NCBI GenBank assembly: GCA_051362555.1
Contig: CM120643.1
Location: 21,208,848-21,272,847, forward strand
From: Lingula anatina
Taxonomy: Eukaryota; Animalia; Brachiopoda
Length of the DNA: 64,000 nucleotides
Direction of reading: 5' to 3'
In this document: positions 1 through 14,800 of the stretch, piece by piece
How positions within the stretch are numbered: position 1 is the stretch's first letter
Layout: each line of letters starts with the position of its first letter
The notes under the pieces: generated by a model
The model's input: only the letters and a program-made list of their open reading frames with translations
What the model was told of the DNA's origin: nothing
Databases searched by the model: none
Made by a program: the position numbers and the translations under genes

Positions 1-45
1 GGCGCCGAGCGGAGAAGCCGTGGCCGTGGTCGCTGGACAAGATAC
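1..45 (-). CDS. Cytochrome P450 exon 2, partial, continues beyond the window start
   Basis: Acceptor TTTCAG at 47-46. The phase-1 join to exon 1 reads KRK-G-ILSSDHGHGFSARR, matching the region before the P450 C-helix. The implied intron is about 6.56 kb. Confidence 0.8.
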
Positions 46-3000
46 CTGAAACGATAATATAAATCTAGGGTTTAATTATCAAAATTTGTTTTATAAACTG
101 ACATTTAGAACAAAGAAATAGTCCATGCATATTTTTATTACAATAGCGATTGACGCCAATTTTATCGCACTGAGCCAAGATTAATCTATATTTATTATTG
201 GTATTATAGGATTGTTAAATGTTTTCATCTTATATCTTATCCTAACTAAGCCATGCTCTGTCAGGGAATTAAAAAAAGAACAAATGGCAACGTTTTACTG
301 GAGTGGCCAGGTGTCATAGAATGAAATAAAATAGAGAATAATATGGACGTAGGTTTAACAATCCCCATAAACTTTATACAGAAAACCTACATGTACTTCT
401 TCCTAAGATAAATCCGTAAAAGTCCACTACAATATAACAACTATCGATCTTAGATAATAGCCATTTTTTAATTGTTGTACAGCAGACTCAATATTTTCAT
501 GCTACTTCTAATTAATCTTTGGTCATCGAAGGCTAAATTAGTCGGTCTTTACTTTGGCCCCTGGATATCATTATGGCAAAGCCGGGGATCTATGGCTGTA
601 TTTTCCGTATCAGTGTTCATAATGTGTTCACTCATTGCAGTGCGCCATCGAGGGTTGGTGTGTTGTACAAACCGCTTCACCAGTCAAAACATCTCTGATA
701 ATCAACAAACTAAACATAATATACGTAAGAAGTGGAGCAACTTTCTGATGCAGCTTCGAGCACGAACAATGTAATGTAGAACTAATATGCGTAACACCAG
801 AGAGCCTTCCGTATATGTCCAGCTTGGACTTCTGACGTATTCAACAATATCGTTGAAAATAACTAATGGCAGTGCTTACTAGGATGATCCAGCCATCAAA
901 CGCGAGTTAATCATCACAACTTAGTTTACGGCAAGAGAGCAGAGAGGGGGGAGAGGGAGAAGGGAGGGAGGATCCCCTGAATTTTATCTACTTTTAATTT
1001 AAAAACATGTGCTCGCAGATAGTATGGAGCTGCAACTTGTTCTCCTGTTTCTTCCCCCTAGGCCCAGGGACTTCAAGCCTATTTCAAAATACGTCCGGGA
1101 CTTGCCCTTGCGCTAAAGACCCCGCCTGCTCCAGGCGTGGCTTTATACAACACACCCTCGACTCATTGGATGCAAACACCACCCAGTGAGTACGAATGCA
1201 CCCAACCAAAAGATTTGCGGTGCGCTTAAAAGAAGGGGCTCTGGAATTCGGTCAAATGCCTCTTTTCTGAAGAGCGTTCTTTGTTTGCAGGATTAAAAAG
1301 CAACACGGGATGAGGGAAAACAAATAACCCCGCTCGCCGTTCAAAGCAAAAGCGCCGCTCGATGCAAACCAGTGCGCAGTGCCCTGGTACAACATCAGCT
1401 AGGAAGCAGACGGCGGCCAGGACCGGGGTTCCTTATTAGAGCAGGAGAGAACTGAAAAAAAAGCCACGCAGGGGGTTGTTTATTTCTACACCAGAAGTCT
1501 GGTCGGGTCGACATCGCGGTAAAGCTATGTCAAAATTTCTATTTTAGGCCCAAGGTTACCCTATGTCGTTCACCATGAGCTGCCAAATGAGTGTTACAAA
1601 CCGTACGAAGTTTACAAGATGGAAATAAAATGATCTGTAACATTGGTCGGTATGTAGGCTACAATACTGAAGTGCTGGCAGACTGTTTATTTTCGTCCCT
1701 AGATCTAGAGCATTAAATAATGGAGCTACATCTGTATATTTATATATTTATATAAATTTAAAAAAGAGAAGATTGAAGCGCACAGCTCAAAGCATTTTAT
1801 TGTAGACAAAGTCTATCAGACCTCACCTTCTTTCCAGGATAATAGGATTTCAGGTGAAAAGTCGACGCCGAGACAAGCTAAAAATATTTTTAAGAAAAAG
1901 AAACAGCGCAGGGGGAAATTAATGCGAAGTCGTGATGGCAGAAATGAGGCCCACTCTACCATTCAGGTGACATTCTCCAGACACCTGGATTGCGGACAGT
2001 TCAAATGGCATCCAAAGATCCCTACGGAAAAGTTAACAAGAAATGAGGATTTGTGCTTTTTTTAAAGTCTGATAGAACATCACATACTGCGACGTCTGTG
2101 CTAAGTATGCAACTTGATACATTTACCTGGCTAAAACATCCGTAACCAGTCTTTTATATAATTTTAAATTCAATCTTTTTATACACGTATAATACATAAT
2201 TTGTGATCAATTTTAGAGTAAAACAACTAAGATGTTTTCGTTCATTTTGGGTCAATAAAATAATAAACTGTTTCTCTTTTTGATACACATTTTCCTTTAG
2301 ATCAATTCATTGACTAATTAATTAATTAATTTCATTTTATTTATTTTTTTATTTATATATTTACTTTTTTTCATGTATCAGGCATTGGGTATAGCAGTCC
2401 TTATGTTAGGGCGGAAGGCCGACTCCCTTGTAAGGACGAGCACGTACCGAACAATTGCACCTGTAGCTCAAAATAAAAGACGCGACTGTACCTAACTTTT
2501 GCTTTATTAGTTTACGTACACTGGTAATAATTTACGTGCTGTACGCAATTTTGGTCTTGCGTGGCGTGTGAGCAGCAAAAGGTTTGTCCATACTACCTCC
2601 TTGACTCTTGAAGGTTTATCAAAAAACAGAATGATTATCAGTAAATTTAGGCATAAATTGTGCCGATGCAGAGGGGGAAAAGATATTTCAAGGTGTACGT
2701 AGTTTATAAATATTCCATGCAGGCTAAATTTGGTACTATGGGCACCTTAATCAGCCCCCAAAAACGTCAAAAACACAAAAATAGCGGGTTGTTTAGAGCT
2801 AAGTACTCGGTGAATCAGAACGATCCACAAATATATCGGTCCCGTTTCCTCTGGGGTGTAAGACCTCTTTGCCTCGCTGCAGTTGAGCGTGCAAGTCAGG
2901 GGACGGGCAGCCTGTGAATTAAACATAAAAGAACGCCGAAATTCTTGCTTTATTTTTTCAAAATAAAGAAAACCCCAAAGTGCGCCGTCATGAAAGGGCA

Positions 3001-6000
3001 CGGGGCTTGAACTCGCTGACATTTTAACCTAAGCAAATGACGTGTGGCTTTCGCGGAAGGCGAGAGAAAGTAATTAAAAAAAGTTTTAATTGTTAAGGTA
3101 ACAAAAGCAACACGGCTAGGGGGGGTTAGAAAGTAGATACCACATCGTTTCTTGCGGACTTCTCACGGTTTGGTGTTTGTTGATATTACCGGCAAAGCAA
3201 GGTGCCTGCATTGCAATCGTTCTTATTTATAGATAAATAGACGCTAAATTTAGTGTGTACTCCAGAAGCGCATGGCTAGTTCTTTCGTTTTCACATAAGT
3301 AGGTTACAGCGGGTGGTCTCCTCGAAACCGCAATATGGGGACTTCGCACTCACCTGAGACGAAACGTTTAAAAGGGGAAAAAAGCTTTCGCGGTTTTTTT
3401 CTGGACCGGCAACCGTTCCGTGTCGCTGGCGGCCTATACGGTTGCAGCAGACGCCGACAGCGTCCACAAATCAGAGGACCCATTTTCAGACAGTTTTGTG
3501 AAATTTTTCAATCTTTGAGAGATTTCTTTTTCTAGCTCAGCGTCAAAAAATATGATCCTTATAAACCAGGACGGTGCACCGATTTGCTAATAAAGTATAC
3601 ACCATGAAGCGATCTGCAGATAAAAAAAAATAAAAGACACACACGAGGCAAAACGATACAAAACGGCGACAAGACAGACTTCGGCAAAAAAAAAAAAAAA
3701 AAGAAAGAAAACGGGATTTTTATAATAGTTTCTTTAGCAAAACCGATGATTCAATTCTCCGACATTCAAAAGCATCCAAGCGCTGCTAAGCGTGTTCGTA
3801 ACCCTTTCACACTTATAAACGAAACACTTTGCGATATCTGTGGTATCAATTTGAAGCAGTTTTTACCTTCAACCCATTAGCTCTCCAGCTTATCATTTCC
3901 TACAGTTAAACATAAATTCATGGAAAACAACGTCATCGGGATTAGAGGACAAATCACCGCTTACCGGGTTACTAGCTAAACGAAAAAGTGTGCAAAATGA
4001 ATAAACGTTTGCTTCATGGATACTTATCGAGACAATAGTGGCGTGATGAGAATCAACTTAGCAAGATTTAAAAGCATTTATGTATATGTGAAAATAATTG
4101 CGCAAGATTTGCTTATGCCTGTGTCTTAGCAAGGGCACACTATAAGAATGATACAAATGCGTTGCCCGATAATTATCAAAGGTGGGGCGTTAACTAGTTT
4201 TACCAGATGGACTAATTGTGTATACTATTTAAGAGGTCCCTGATATCAAAGGGTAAATACAGGGTTGGTAAAAATTAAAAAGATGTTAGCTCAATGAAGC
4301 TTGTTTTATCATGGGATGATGAAAAGGTCACGGAACTGGGCACCTGGAATGCGCTATAGGGTCACTGGTCCGCGTGCGTGGGGGCAGAGTGTTTTCAGTT
4401 ACGCCAGGGAGTCATAAAAATGGGTCCGCGTGGACCACGCCCGTGCTACCATGATACCGTGTCAAGAATCAGGACCGCAAGTGACCGCTGACTCCGCAAA
4501 TGGTCTTAATGCTGGCCAGCGCGTCTCATGTTACACCCATTAGTTCACCTGAGCGCGTGCGGCACCCCTCATTAGCAGGCAGTGAGGCCAACCAGTCGAG
4601 TCACAGAACAAGTTCACGAGAGTTTTAGTTTACTACAAATAAACCATTTCTAAAATTAGTTGCATTATGTCTGCGGTCAAATAGTGGGCTACTACTTGGT
4701 CTTTGAGCCTAATTCAAAGCGGGGGGAAACTACTGAAACGTGAAAATGTTTTCGTCTTTCGGGCTTTCATTAAAGTAACCGCATTAATGCTATGATGAGA
4801 GGGTCCTTGATTTCCTGGTTTGGTTTCGATAAACTGCTTTTTCAAGACAACATGTTTATATTATTTTTGTGGTCTGTCCAGAAATTCATTAAAACAAGGC
4901 TATTTACGGTTCAACCCGTTTCGTTACACAGCCTCAATTACATATCCACCCACTCTTTGCACTGCCCTGTCCCTATTAATTGTTGTTTGTGGTAACGTGT
5001 GTAATAAATAGCAGCGAGAGTGCGTAAATACTACGGTAGCCTAACATTTCCATTGTGTATAACACAGATAACAGTTCACCGCTTGGTCATCTTAATATAT
5101 ACGTTTGGATGTTAAGTAAACCCAGGGGCAGATATCATAAACTATCAAAAATTATTCCTAAAATTCTATTTTACTTTTAATATATTCCCATCAACTGTTT
5201 TCAACGTTAAGCTACAGTAAAGCAGCGTAATTGAATCTGAGAGCTTCATGTCTTAAAGGGTACAGGTATCCGCAGTATTGGCAGGCGCTCTGCGGTGTCA
5301 AATGAAATCCACAGGATCATGATTACAGCGTATTAAGTAGGGCAATTTGTGGTCAACCGCGTTAACGTGTAAATATCGCCCAAAGTGCAACCGTGCGGCC
5401 ACCCGGCATAAAGGCGCACTGATTAATCCACAATTCGGCCCACGCGATTGGCAGCAGATAGCAACAGCGAGTACGCACGCACTACGGGGAGAGTTTAAAT
5501 TAATGGTCCTATTTGCGCGGAATTTATTTATTTATTGTTTACTGTCGAGAAACAAGGTGCTTTTCATTCACTCGCGTGTGTATTTTTCATCAGAACAACG
5601 TGAGTAACCACACATCAAAGGCAATTCATTAAATGAAACGCGATGAAGGCAACCTTGAGTCAGTTCGTAATCAGATGTCTGTTTCAATGACTGCCCCCAC
5701 CACCCACGCCTTGACCCTCCCAATGCTTTATCCCGGCATCACACAGTTCTTTTTTATCACTATATCTATGGGAGGAGAGAGACCACAGTCATTATTGACC
5801 TTAGATCACAGACATTGATCACAAAACTTGGGGGTGTCCCCGCCGTGGAACCCCCCGGTGTGCGGACGGCCGCGAGATGCAAACAACCTTCCACCTGGCG
5901 TTCCGCGGCCGTCGGCGCTGCTGGACTCGCGCCTGGCCAGCGGTGATGTAGCGTGCGTTGGTATACCTGGTTTACTAGCCAGGCCAAAAAAAGTTTGATA

Positions 6001-6609
6001 CCTTAGGGCGCCGCTGCGAGCTTAAATACGCCCAGGTACTGCAACCCCGGGAAATGCACCACCCATATGACAGAGGCACTACTTTGATATGCAATGCTCA
6101 ACGTTTTCAGAACACCTGAGGGTAAACTACATCGGATTCTCAATAACGAAATAGACAAAAAATTTGCAGATCGACAATATGCCACCAAGCGAGCAACAGT
6201 TTTAGCTCAGAAATAAACAGTTCAAGTTGAAGAGCGTTTAGGCAACGAATTGATGGAGTTGACTGCTGTCAGAGGACAGCGTGTCACAAGAAATCGAATC
6301 TAACCTGTTACCTCTACGCCACACAAACACAAGTGCACTTACAAGAGCTCTCAGCTTAGCTGTCACTACTTATACAAATACTCAATGACAATCACCACAC
6401 CAACTCAAGGCCATTTAATTGTCGTTAGTATTAACGTATTCCATGGGGACACTGTTATGACTATAGAAGGGGGCATGTCAACATGGCCAGTCTATCCTCC
6501 TCGATGTACTTAACGTGATTATACCACTATTACTTCATCTGATACATGGTAAACACCTGCATTAACCTACTGTAAGGATCACGATAACGTTTAGTACTTG
6601 AGTACTCAC

Positions 6610-6982
6610 CCTTTCGCTTTAACAGCGCCTTCAAACTGGGCAGATCGGGGCGTCCGGCAAACTGGGCACTCTTCTTCAAAAACGCTTCTTTGATAGTCTC
6701 CAGCTCGTTGAGCACGATCACTTTGCGCGATCCGAAGTTCACGGTGAAGATGTTCCCATATTTCTTTGCCCAGTCCATCAGCACGAGGTGGGAGTCCTTG
6801 GCAAGCCAAGGGAGACTCCCCACGATGGGGAGACCGCGGGGCCCCGGAGGCAGACGCGACACCCTGCGAATGAGGAACCAAGACTCGATGACAGCAAGCG
6901 TCAGCAGCACTGCGTGGATCAAGCTCTGGACGCTCACTCCGTCGATGAGGACCTTATACATGGACAGCAACAACGTAGCCAT
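6610..6982 (-). CDS. Cytochrome P450, CYP2 clan, exon 1
   Basis: N-terminal membrane anchor, then PPGPRGLPIVGSL proline hinge, KKYGNIFTV, KEAF and FAGRP, typical of the CYP2 clan. Phase-1 donor G|GTGAGT at 6610/6609. Confidence 0.93.
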
Positions 6983-7079
6983 TCTTTTTGATGCTAGTTC
7001 GCTATTTCTTGTTACAATTAAGTTAGGTTTTGAAGCGCGTCTCTAGACGACAGCGTTCCCTAAGAACTTTCAGCGAGTT

Positions 7080-7215
7080 CTGAGCGCTGCATCGAAGAGC
7101 TGCTGCTTTTGAAAGGCCCGGCCGGCTTCTCGTCCGCGTGAGCTCCGACATCATCTTAAAGTGTTACAACGCTGCGGGCGGAGCACCTGATGACGTAGCA
7201 TAATGAGGTCACAAA
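7080..7215 (-). promoter_or_regulatory. Putative proximal promoter of the P450 gene
   Basis: GC-rich stretch just upstream of the ATG with a GC box (GGGCGG, about 7176), a CRE/ATF-like TGACGT (about 7191) and a nuclear-receptor half-site TGAGGTCA (about 7204). Confidence 0.35.
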
Positions 7216-8214
7216 TAACCTCCTTTACGGTGAGCTATAGGGATGGGGATGCAGGCCTCGGACAACATAAACAACTTCACCTTACTATGCAGTGATTTAA
7301 TAGTATATTTATCTTTTTTATTTCTTTTATTCAAAGTTTGTTTATGAGTTCAACTCAACACCTCCACTAACATGCACTTGTCCTAGATATTATGATAACT
7401 TAACCGCCTCCTCGGAAAGCGACCTCCCTGTAAGCTTGGTGAGCGGTTGCGAAATCGGACCCCGGTTTTTCAGGTTGAGAGACCCTGATTGACCCGCATA
7501 ATTGCCTTCGTTTCCTTAAGTGGTTATTAAAACAATCGCTAATATGTGAAGTGAATGATATCGATAAAAACCTTGAAAGAACGAGCTGGCCTGGGACCGA
7601 TGAGATCGATGGAAGCACGACAACCAGGGGCGGATCCCAGCTTCCCGGGGTCCGGAATCCCCGTGGAATCTACAGTGCATCGATCCTTAACGGGTTCCAT
7701 TCAGGGTGAGTTTGAGAGGTTACGGCATTAGAGACGCGTGCTCCCTGTCACTTATTAAGAAGAGACAAACCAAAGAGCAATTTATAGGTACAAAAGGACA
7801 ACGTCGCGATGTCACTTATCTGTATATTTTTGAACAGTCTTAAAGATAAGCGTATAATGACCCGTTTTGCATGATTTCAGTGCAAACCACTTTGTTTTCT
7901 TATCTGAAAATTATCATTAATCAATATGACAAATCAATATAATAAATCAATAAAAAAAAGAATCGGGTGCAGGTGTTTTTAAATCAACTGCATTAGAGTA
8001 CTTCAAAGAAGTTTATGAATTTACCATAGTGCATAGTGCACCTATTTCAGATACATTCCTGTATTCGATTTTTATTGAATTATATCGGTTGTTTGAATGG
8101 AACGGAATGATCTTGGGGACATTACTGGTTAACAGAATAAAATAAGGAAAGAATGGTCGCGGTTATGAACAGATCTAGATCTGTCTAAAAAGGTTTCGAT
8201 TCTTTTTTCTTTGC

Positions 8215-8215
<1 letters not shown>

Positions 8216-8270
<55 letters not shown>
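8216..8270. repeat. (CT)n microsatellite
   Basis: Direct reading of the sequence. Confidence 0.95.
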
Positions 8271-8274
<4 letters not shown>

Positions 8275-10745
8275 TTAGATCAGCCTTGAGATGTCAATCT
8301 TATGCGCACTACTGTAAAAAGAACGATTTAATTGAGGGCTTCTGAGAGTGTCTATTTGTTGTTGTTGTTTGTTTGTTTGTTTGAAGGTATGATTAACACA
8401 ACGCATCTAAATATGTTATCCAGAACAACATTACCTAGATACAGAAGGACTGGAAACTCGGTTTTCCCTCTATCCTTGACATGCCTTTAATTCCTATAAT
8501 AATCTTGGTGATTATCAGCATATTATTAAAGGGCACTTTTGTTTTTCTAAGAACCAAGAATTTGCGTTTTGTTTCGTTTTGTCTTTCGTCTTATTTCGGG
8601 GTGAAAATAGCATATTTGTATTACTTAAACGCCGTAGATTGTGTCTATCCGGTTTCAGATCTAGGTTTGATATCGAGGTCTTGAGCACTTGACACGAAAT
8701 CGATACCACTTTATTGTCAAACCTTGGAAATAATTGTGTAAGCTGCTCGCTTTCCTAGGACGCAGATTAAAACGCGATAATCCCTGGGAATAACTGACCT
8801 CAATTTGTGAGATTTAAAAGGTTGTCAAGCTAGAGCTGCAAGAATATTTCCTGGCGAACATGTACATTGAAAAAGAAATTTTTCGCTATCTCACCGCCCA
8901 TCACTTTGTCAAAATCCAGAAAATTAACATGGAATTCTGGTTAGTAGAAAAGAATGTGCATTCATTACATTTTCTTCTTTCAACAAATACAGGTGTTTAT
9001 ATAAATAAGTTACTTGTTTTTAACACAAATATAGGCTTTTTTAGCATTTTTAAAGAGAAAATGCGTAGGTTAAAGACAAAAAAGACTCTTCACAGTTGCT
9101 TATTTATATTGAATAACCAAACAAACATCAATGCATGGCAGTTTGAGGCCTGGACTTTTATCTATAAACGTCTCAAATTCTGTTCACGACATGCTTCACG
9201 TTGACATGACTACTATCTTTTCTCCTTTCAGACTCGTATAAACTTTATTTCTTGATATGCACGATAACAACACTTTTGTGTTTTTTTATCAACAATTTCA
9301 TACATAAGGCATAAGTTGGAAGTAAACTGTTCTAAAACCACCAGTGAGCCCTTGTAGAGGGCATCATTAACCGTAGAAATTAGGTAAAAACGCACCTGTA
9401 AATAACACATTTTCAATATCAAACGAGTGAAATGTGTGTTAACATGTGCGCGATATTTCATCTCTGAAACAACTTAATTTCCAAAAGGTAATAAAAAAAC
9501 TTCCTTGAACCAAATATGTAACATGTAAATCACTGAATTGCAAAAGTGGATCGTGTTATAACCGTGGCTTTTAATGGTTTATCGATACAGTGGTCTATTC
9601 AGGGTGTTCACGGATATAAACATAAGTGTACTCCTTATTTGGGTGGGACATTAATTTAGTGGACAATCACTGGTATTGCTCAGATTTTCAAGGTGGGGTG
9701 GCCTACACTTCAATAGACAACAGTCATCTTTACAACTCTTCAAACCAGGCTGGGCACGCTGCTATAGAGGACAGTCTCTGTTATAACTGTGATTCTTATG
9801 AACGGGTATATTGATACCGATCAACGCCATGGGATTTAAAGTACTCAATACCGACTCCTCAGGCGTACGTCCCGTTTCTGTGTCAAACCTTCGGTCAGGG
9901 GCATTTCGGCATAACTTTTGTGAACTTTTTAAGACCTTCACGCACTTCCAGCCCTCCAGGGTGACAACGTGCACGCTAAGAAACCATAGAACATCTTGTC
10001 CACCTTCCGAATGTGTTGTTCCACCTATAAAACATCCCCTTTTGGCGAACACCATACCTGTTCATGGCAGTTTCTGTCAACTCTAAAAGCCACCCTAATC
10101 ATTTTCTCGAGCATTTTTGGAACAAACTATCATTTTCTTATTTATGTCATTATAAGTATTCCTAACACGCAGATTTACTTGTCTCACTTACAGGAGTGTG
10201 CATGTACTTATGTGGTAAACAATTATTATTGTGCTTTCTTTTAAAATATGATTCTGTCAGAGCTGTAAATAATGAGCTAAATGTCTAACAAACAAGTGCG
10301 AGTTTCTAGTCATACGAAAGTGCATTGAGCGTACTCCTCGTTTTTTCCTATGATTCCCTCTATAACTGCCCCGGTTTCATCCTTTTGGAATTACGTCGGA
10401 GTAATAAGGTTATTGTTTTCTAGCAGTTGCGAACAGAACAGGGGATTGTGAGCTACCAAACACGTGTACTTCGAGTGATTCTTTAAATAGTTTATGAAAA
10501 AAGAAGAGATCTGGTTTTCGGTGCTAACCCCCTCTCAATAATAGCCGTACTTGTTAGACCTTGTTACCACTTCACAGATGAGTGATCACACACACTTCAT
10601 GATACCACGGAGGCGCCCTGGCAAATTCATTGGTACATTCTCAGGTGATTGAGATAAATAAATTGCCCCTTTTTAAAAATAGTGCACCCGCAATTGAAAA
10701 TAAAAAACGAAAAAGGTCACCAAAATTGAGTTTATTCTCATTATC

Positions 10746-10776
<31 letters not shown>

Positions 10777-11388
10777 AATGGTTGAAGTATAATTGAACGT
10801 GCTGAGTAATATAACCAACTTCAACTGATCTTGTTAACATTTATTTACTTACTTAAGATGCAATGTTAGGGATTGCCAGGCTTTGGCCGTTGCCCGGCCA
10901 TTTTTGGCAGCCTGTCCATCATCTGGTTCGATTATCACAGCTCGGGGCTCTTTCTCCCACTCTCCCAGATATCCTAGCACTGATATCCACTTTGAATGTT
11001 ATCAAACCCAGAGACAATCGATAAGGTGTTCAGTGCCGGTTCAGACCCCCACCGGAGTTTGTTCTGTCTCGCAAGGCGAACACGGGGCGGGTGTTTGACG
11101 CCTCGCCCAGAGCCAGTGCAAACACGGAACACCGGGGAATGTGGGGGATAATAGGAAAAACCGACATCCTATAGTAGCTAAAACGTTTGGTAACGTTAGT
11201 TTGCAAATTAAATACGCAGTTTGCTCTGCGGCGGTTCAAATGCGTTATATGGTGAAATATTTTAACTATTAAGAGCAGTTGGGGGGAATGGGATTACTCA
11301 TCCCAGTGCACGTGTCCTTGGTTCGCGACATAATTCCATGTGAAATTGATTTTTGGTTGATGATAGAGAGTCTGTGAAGCTATTCCGT

Positions 11389-11391
<3 letters not shown>

Positions 11392-11431
<40 letters not shown>
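11392..11431. repeat. (GA)n microsatellite
   Basis: Direct reading of the sequence. Confidence 0.9.
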
Positions 11432-11432
<1 letters not shown>

Positions 11433-13159
11433 GGGGGGAGAGGGAAAGAAGTGGACAGAAGCGTATTGATATGGTAATGTTCTGAAACCGGTGATAACCT
11501 TAAAATCTATCACCCTTAAACGGTTGACTTCAAACTTTCTTTCTTTTGTATTGATATGCATCTCACGTATCTTCCAAGAACAAGAGATCATTCGTGTAGA
11601 AAGTAACTGTTTAAATGCAAAGTTCTACACCAGAACCTTCTGTTTGCACACCACAAGAGGTATTAAGATATTTGTACTTCAAACGTTTTGGCGTTAAACA
11701 ACGAGGTGCAATTTACTAATAAAGGCACATTTCTATGAGCGTTTGTTCCTTCTGCTGCGTTTCTGTAGCCCCCCCCCCCCTTCACATACTAGTATACACA
11801 CACTCCCCCCTCTTATCTGTTGTTCTTTTTCTTTTTCTATTTCTTGCAAACAAAAAACTATCCGAAAGGTAGGACACGCAAGTGCACTTTTTATTATCAA
11901 AGGTCCTTATACATTTATCATCGCGAAAAATATGTGGGCACTGTTACAGATCACTGCCACCACACACATACTCACACATAGCAAAATAATATTTATTCTA
12001 AGCAACCGCAAGATCCTCACCCTTGACTATCAACATGGGTCTTGCCTGCGTACTGTTTTTCTAACCCAACAACACCGTCAAAGCCAGGCCACGGTCTGTA
12101 TGCAACAGATACCTGCCATACAAATTTATTCGGTCTCATAACATTTCATTTCTATTGTGTTTAGTCGAGTAATGACAATAGGAGGAATAATAAACACGTT
12201 CCGCTGTGCGGTTGAGGTCTTTGTTTGCTGACTAGCCCATCAAACGTCCCAGCATCGCTGCCGTGAGCGGTGAATACCTGCACTCGTCCCGGCTCGCGGA
12301 CAAGGTTCGTAAAGACCGGTTGGGGTTAAGGTACACAGGTGTTAAAACAAAGGACACGCATAATTTAGCGAGTCTAACCGTCCTATTGACCTATAAACCG
12401 TCTGCGGTGATCCCTGCAAGTTTGAGGGGCTAAACATTCCTATTCATTAGCCGCGATATCGGAGAAGTTGTCTTCTCTCTCTCTTTCTTTCTCTCTCTCT
12501 TTCTCTTTCTCTTGCTCATCAAAAGTCAATGTTAGCATAAATTTATTAACGGCATTAATTAACATCTCTAAAAAACTTTAAATCTGGTATTTTAAGATAG
12601 ATGAAGGCAAGACCATTTCTGAGCTAATAATCTTTACGAGAATAAATGTAATAAAAAACATCGAAATCAACGAAAAAAAACAACAGCATTCAATGGCATG
12701 CTACAGCCCATCTCTCTCTCTCTCTCTCTGCGCGCACAATGCACGTGTATCTTTGTATTTAATCTGTGCACGCGTTAAACGAGGTATTTGCACATGTGAC
12801 TGTGTGAGAGCCAACGTGCATGTGTGCGCGTGCATACTTGTCATGACTACCATGATTTCTGGTTTTGTAACCAGTCTGTAATGGAAAGCTTATGACATTT
12901 ACCTCAAATTACAGGCCTACGTACTAGAGTACTAATGCTTTTTCAATTATCTGAGACCACGCAACAAAACCTCATTAACTTTAGTCTAAGGTGTAAGGTT
13001 CTAAGCACGCTTGTAAAAGGCACATGAAAATTGTAGGTTATATAAGCCATGATAAGTCCACGTGTACTGTACATATTTTCACTCTTGCAAAAACATGTAC
13101 AGTTTAAACATCCCTTAATATGCCCACAGCACACATTATCATGTCTGTCAGCGGCAAAG

Positions 13160-13163
<4 letters not shown>

Positions 13164-13210
<47 letters not shown>

Positions 13211-13232
13211 AGAGAGAGAGGGAGAGAGAGAG
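13164..13232. repeat. (GT)n followed by (GA)n compound microsatellite
   Basis: Direct reading of the sequence. Confidence 0.9.
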
Positions 13233-14756
13233 ACAACGAATAAACAATGAAAATATCTTTATCCAAGGACAGTTCAGACAAGACTAGATTAGACCGAAGA
13301 ACAGGACACAGGCGTTATACATGAAAGTGGGCCTACTGCGGGGTTAAATTTAGACCTATTTTAAAATCGTGCGCTTTCCTTCTGTGATCACACGGTAGTT
13401 ACAGATCAGGTGTATGAAATAAAACAATTTTGCTTGTCAGCTTTTTTGCAGCTGTCTTTTCCATTCTGCATTATAGAAAGACCCTTTTGAAAAATGACAA
13501 AATGTATTTCTATTCAACATATTTTAAATCTAAAACCTATCGATAAAAATGACTCTGCACGCTAAGTTTCCCCCAATGAATCCAATATCTGTCAACATTC
13601 AATGTCCTTGAAACAGAAAAATACACAAACCAAATGTGAAAGTGCATATCAATTTCGGTCAAAATATTTCAAAAACATACAGACGGTACCCCAAACAGAA
13701 TGACATTTTGGAAAATAACAAAAAATATGTTATAGGTATATTTCATCTTCGTTATGTATACATGTACCTCGGTTTGTTAGTCTCCTTTTGTGGTCTACTT
13801 TATTATATCTATCCACATAACACGATATACATGTACCAGAAAGACCAATATTATATTTAAATTAAAGATTAACAAGAAAACATCATACTTGATATGCTAG
13901 TTTTGTGGTTAGCTTAATTCCTACGTTTTATTACACTTCCAAGACATCGGCGCCCTTTTTGCCGTGTTCTGCCAATCGGACTATGTAACAAGCTGAGATG
14001 AAAAGATATATCCAAGTCTCGCAATTTGCTACGTGTGACAAACGGGGAAATAGTTTGGAGAATCTATCTATAGAACTGAACACGATTGATAAGAAGGAGA
14101 TAACTGATAAGCCGAGCAGTGAACGTTAAACGGACAAGTCCCAGAGAATGGGGAATGGGGAAACGAATTTAACACGTGGCGCGATGCGAACAAGGTGCAC
14201 GGGCATCTGCACACGCACTGCCGTCGCTGATGTGTGACGTAGAAATGCTGTACGGAAACGGAGCATTACGCTCTGTGTCTTAATTACTGGATGTGCTACA
14301 TTATCATAGTCCGCGTCATATTACCCGCGTGCCTTGCCATTTGAAAGATAAAGAGAATAAAACAGTTATTGGACTGCCTAGCAGAAATAGTCAGTCATGG
14401 CAATAGAGCTTCTAGGTGGTGCTCCATAGATTATGTACATGTGGTTACTTTATCGACCCTCCATCTACTGATAAGAATGAGGTCTGTAGTATCTTTTAGT
14501 GGGTTAAAAATTGTGCTCATGTCTGCAGTCATGGGCGATTTCCCCAGGATAACAATACGGCCATGTTAGACATCAAACCATAGACAGTGGTTAAAATGAT
14601 TTTAAAGACCTCGATTTAACTTTGGGGATACACTGGGGTTGGGTTCAACCGAACACCGACCATCTCAAACACTATTTCGGTTTTGTTAAAATTTTCGTGA
14701 AAGTGGTCTTACCTCGGAAGTTTCTTTAGCCAGGCTAAAACCCCGATTATTCAGGG

Positions 14757-14757
<1 letters not shown>

Positions 14758-14797
<40 letters not shown>

Positions 14798-14800
14798 CGT
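14758..14800. repeat. (GT)n microsatellite
   Basis: Direct reading of the sequence. Confidence 0.9.

Noticed and set aside
6606-7046. ORFs overlapping P450 exon 1 in other frames or on the other strand
   Set aside because: By-products of GC-rich coding sequence.
10868-10910. TAGGGATTGCCAG, a hAT-like terminus
   Set aside because: No matching second end or target duplication was found.
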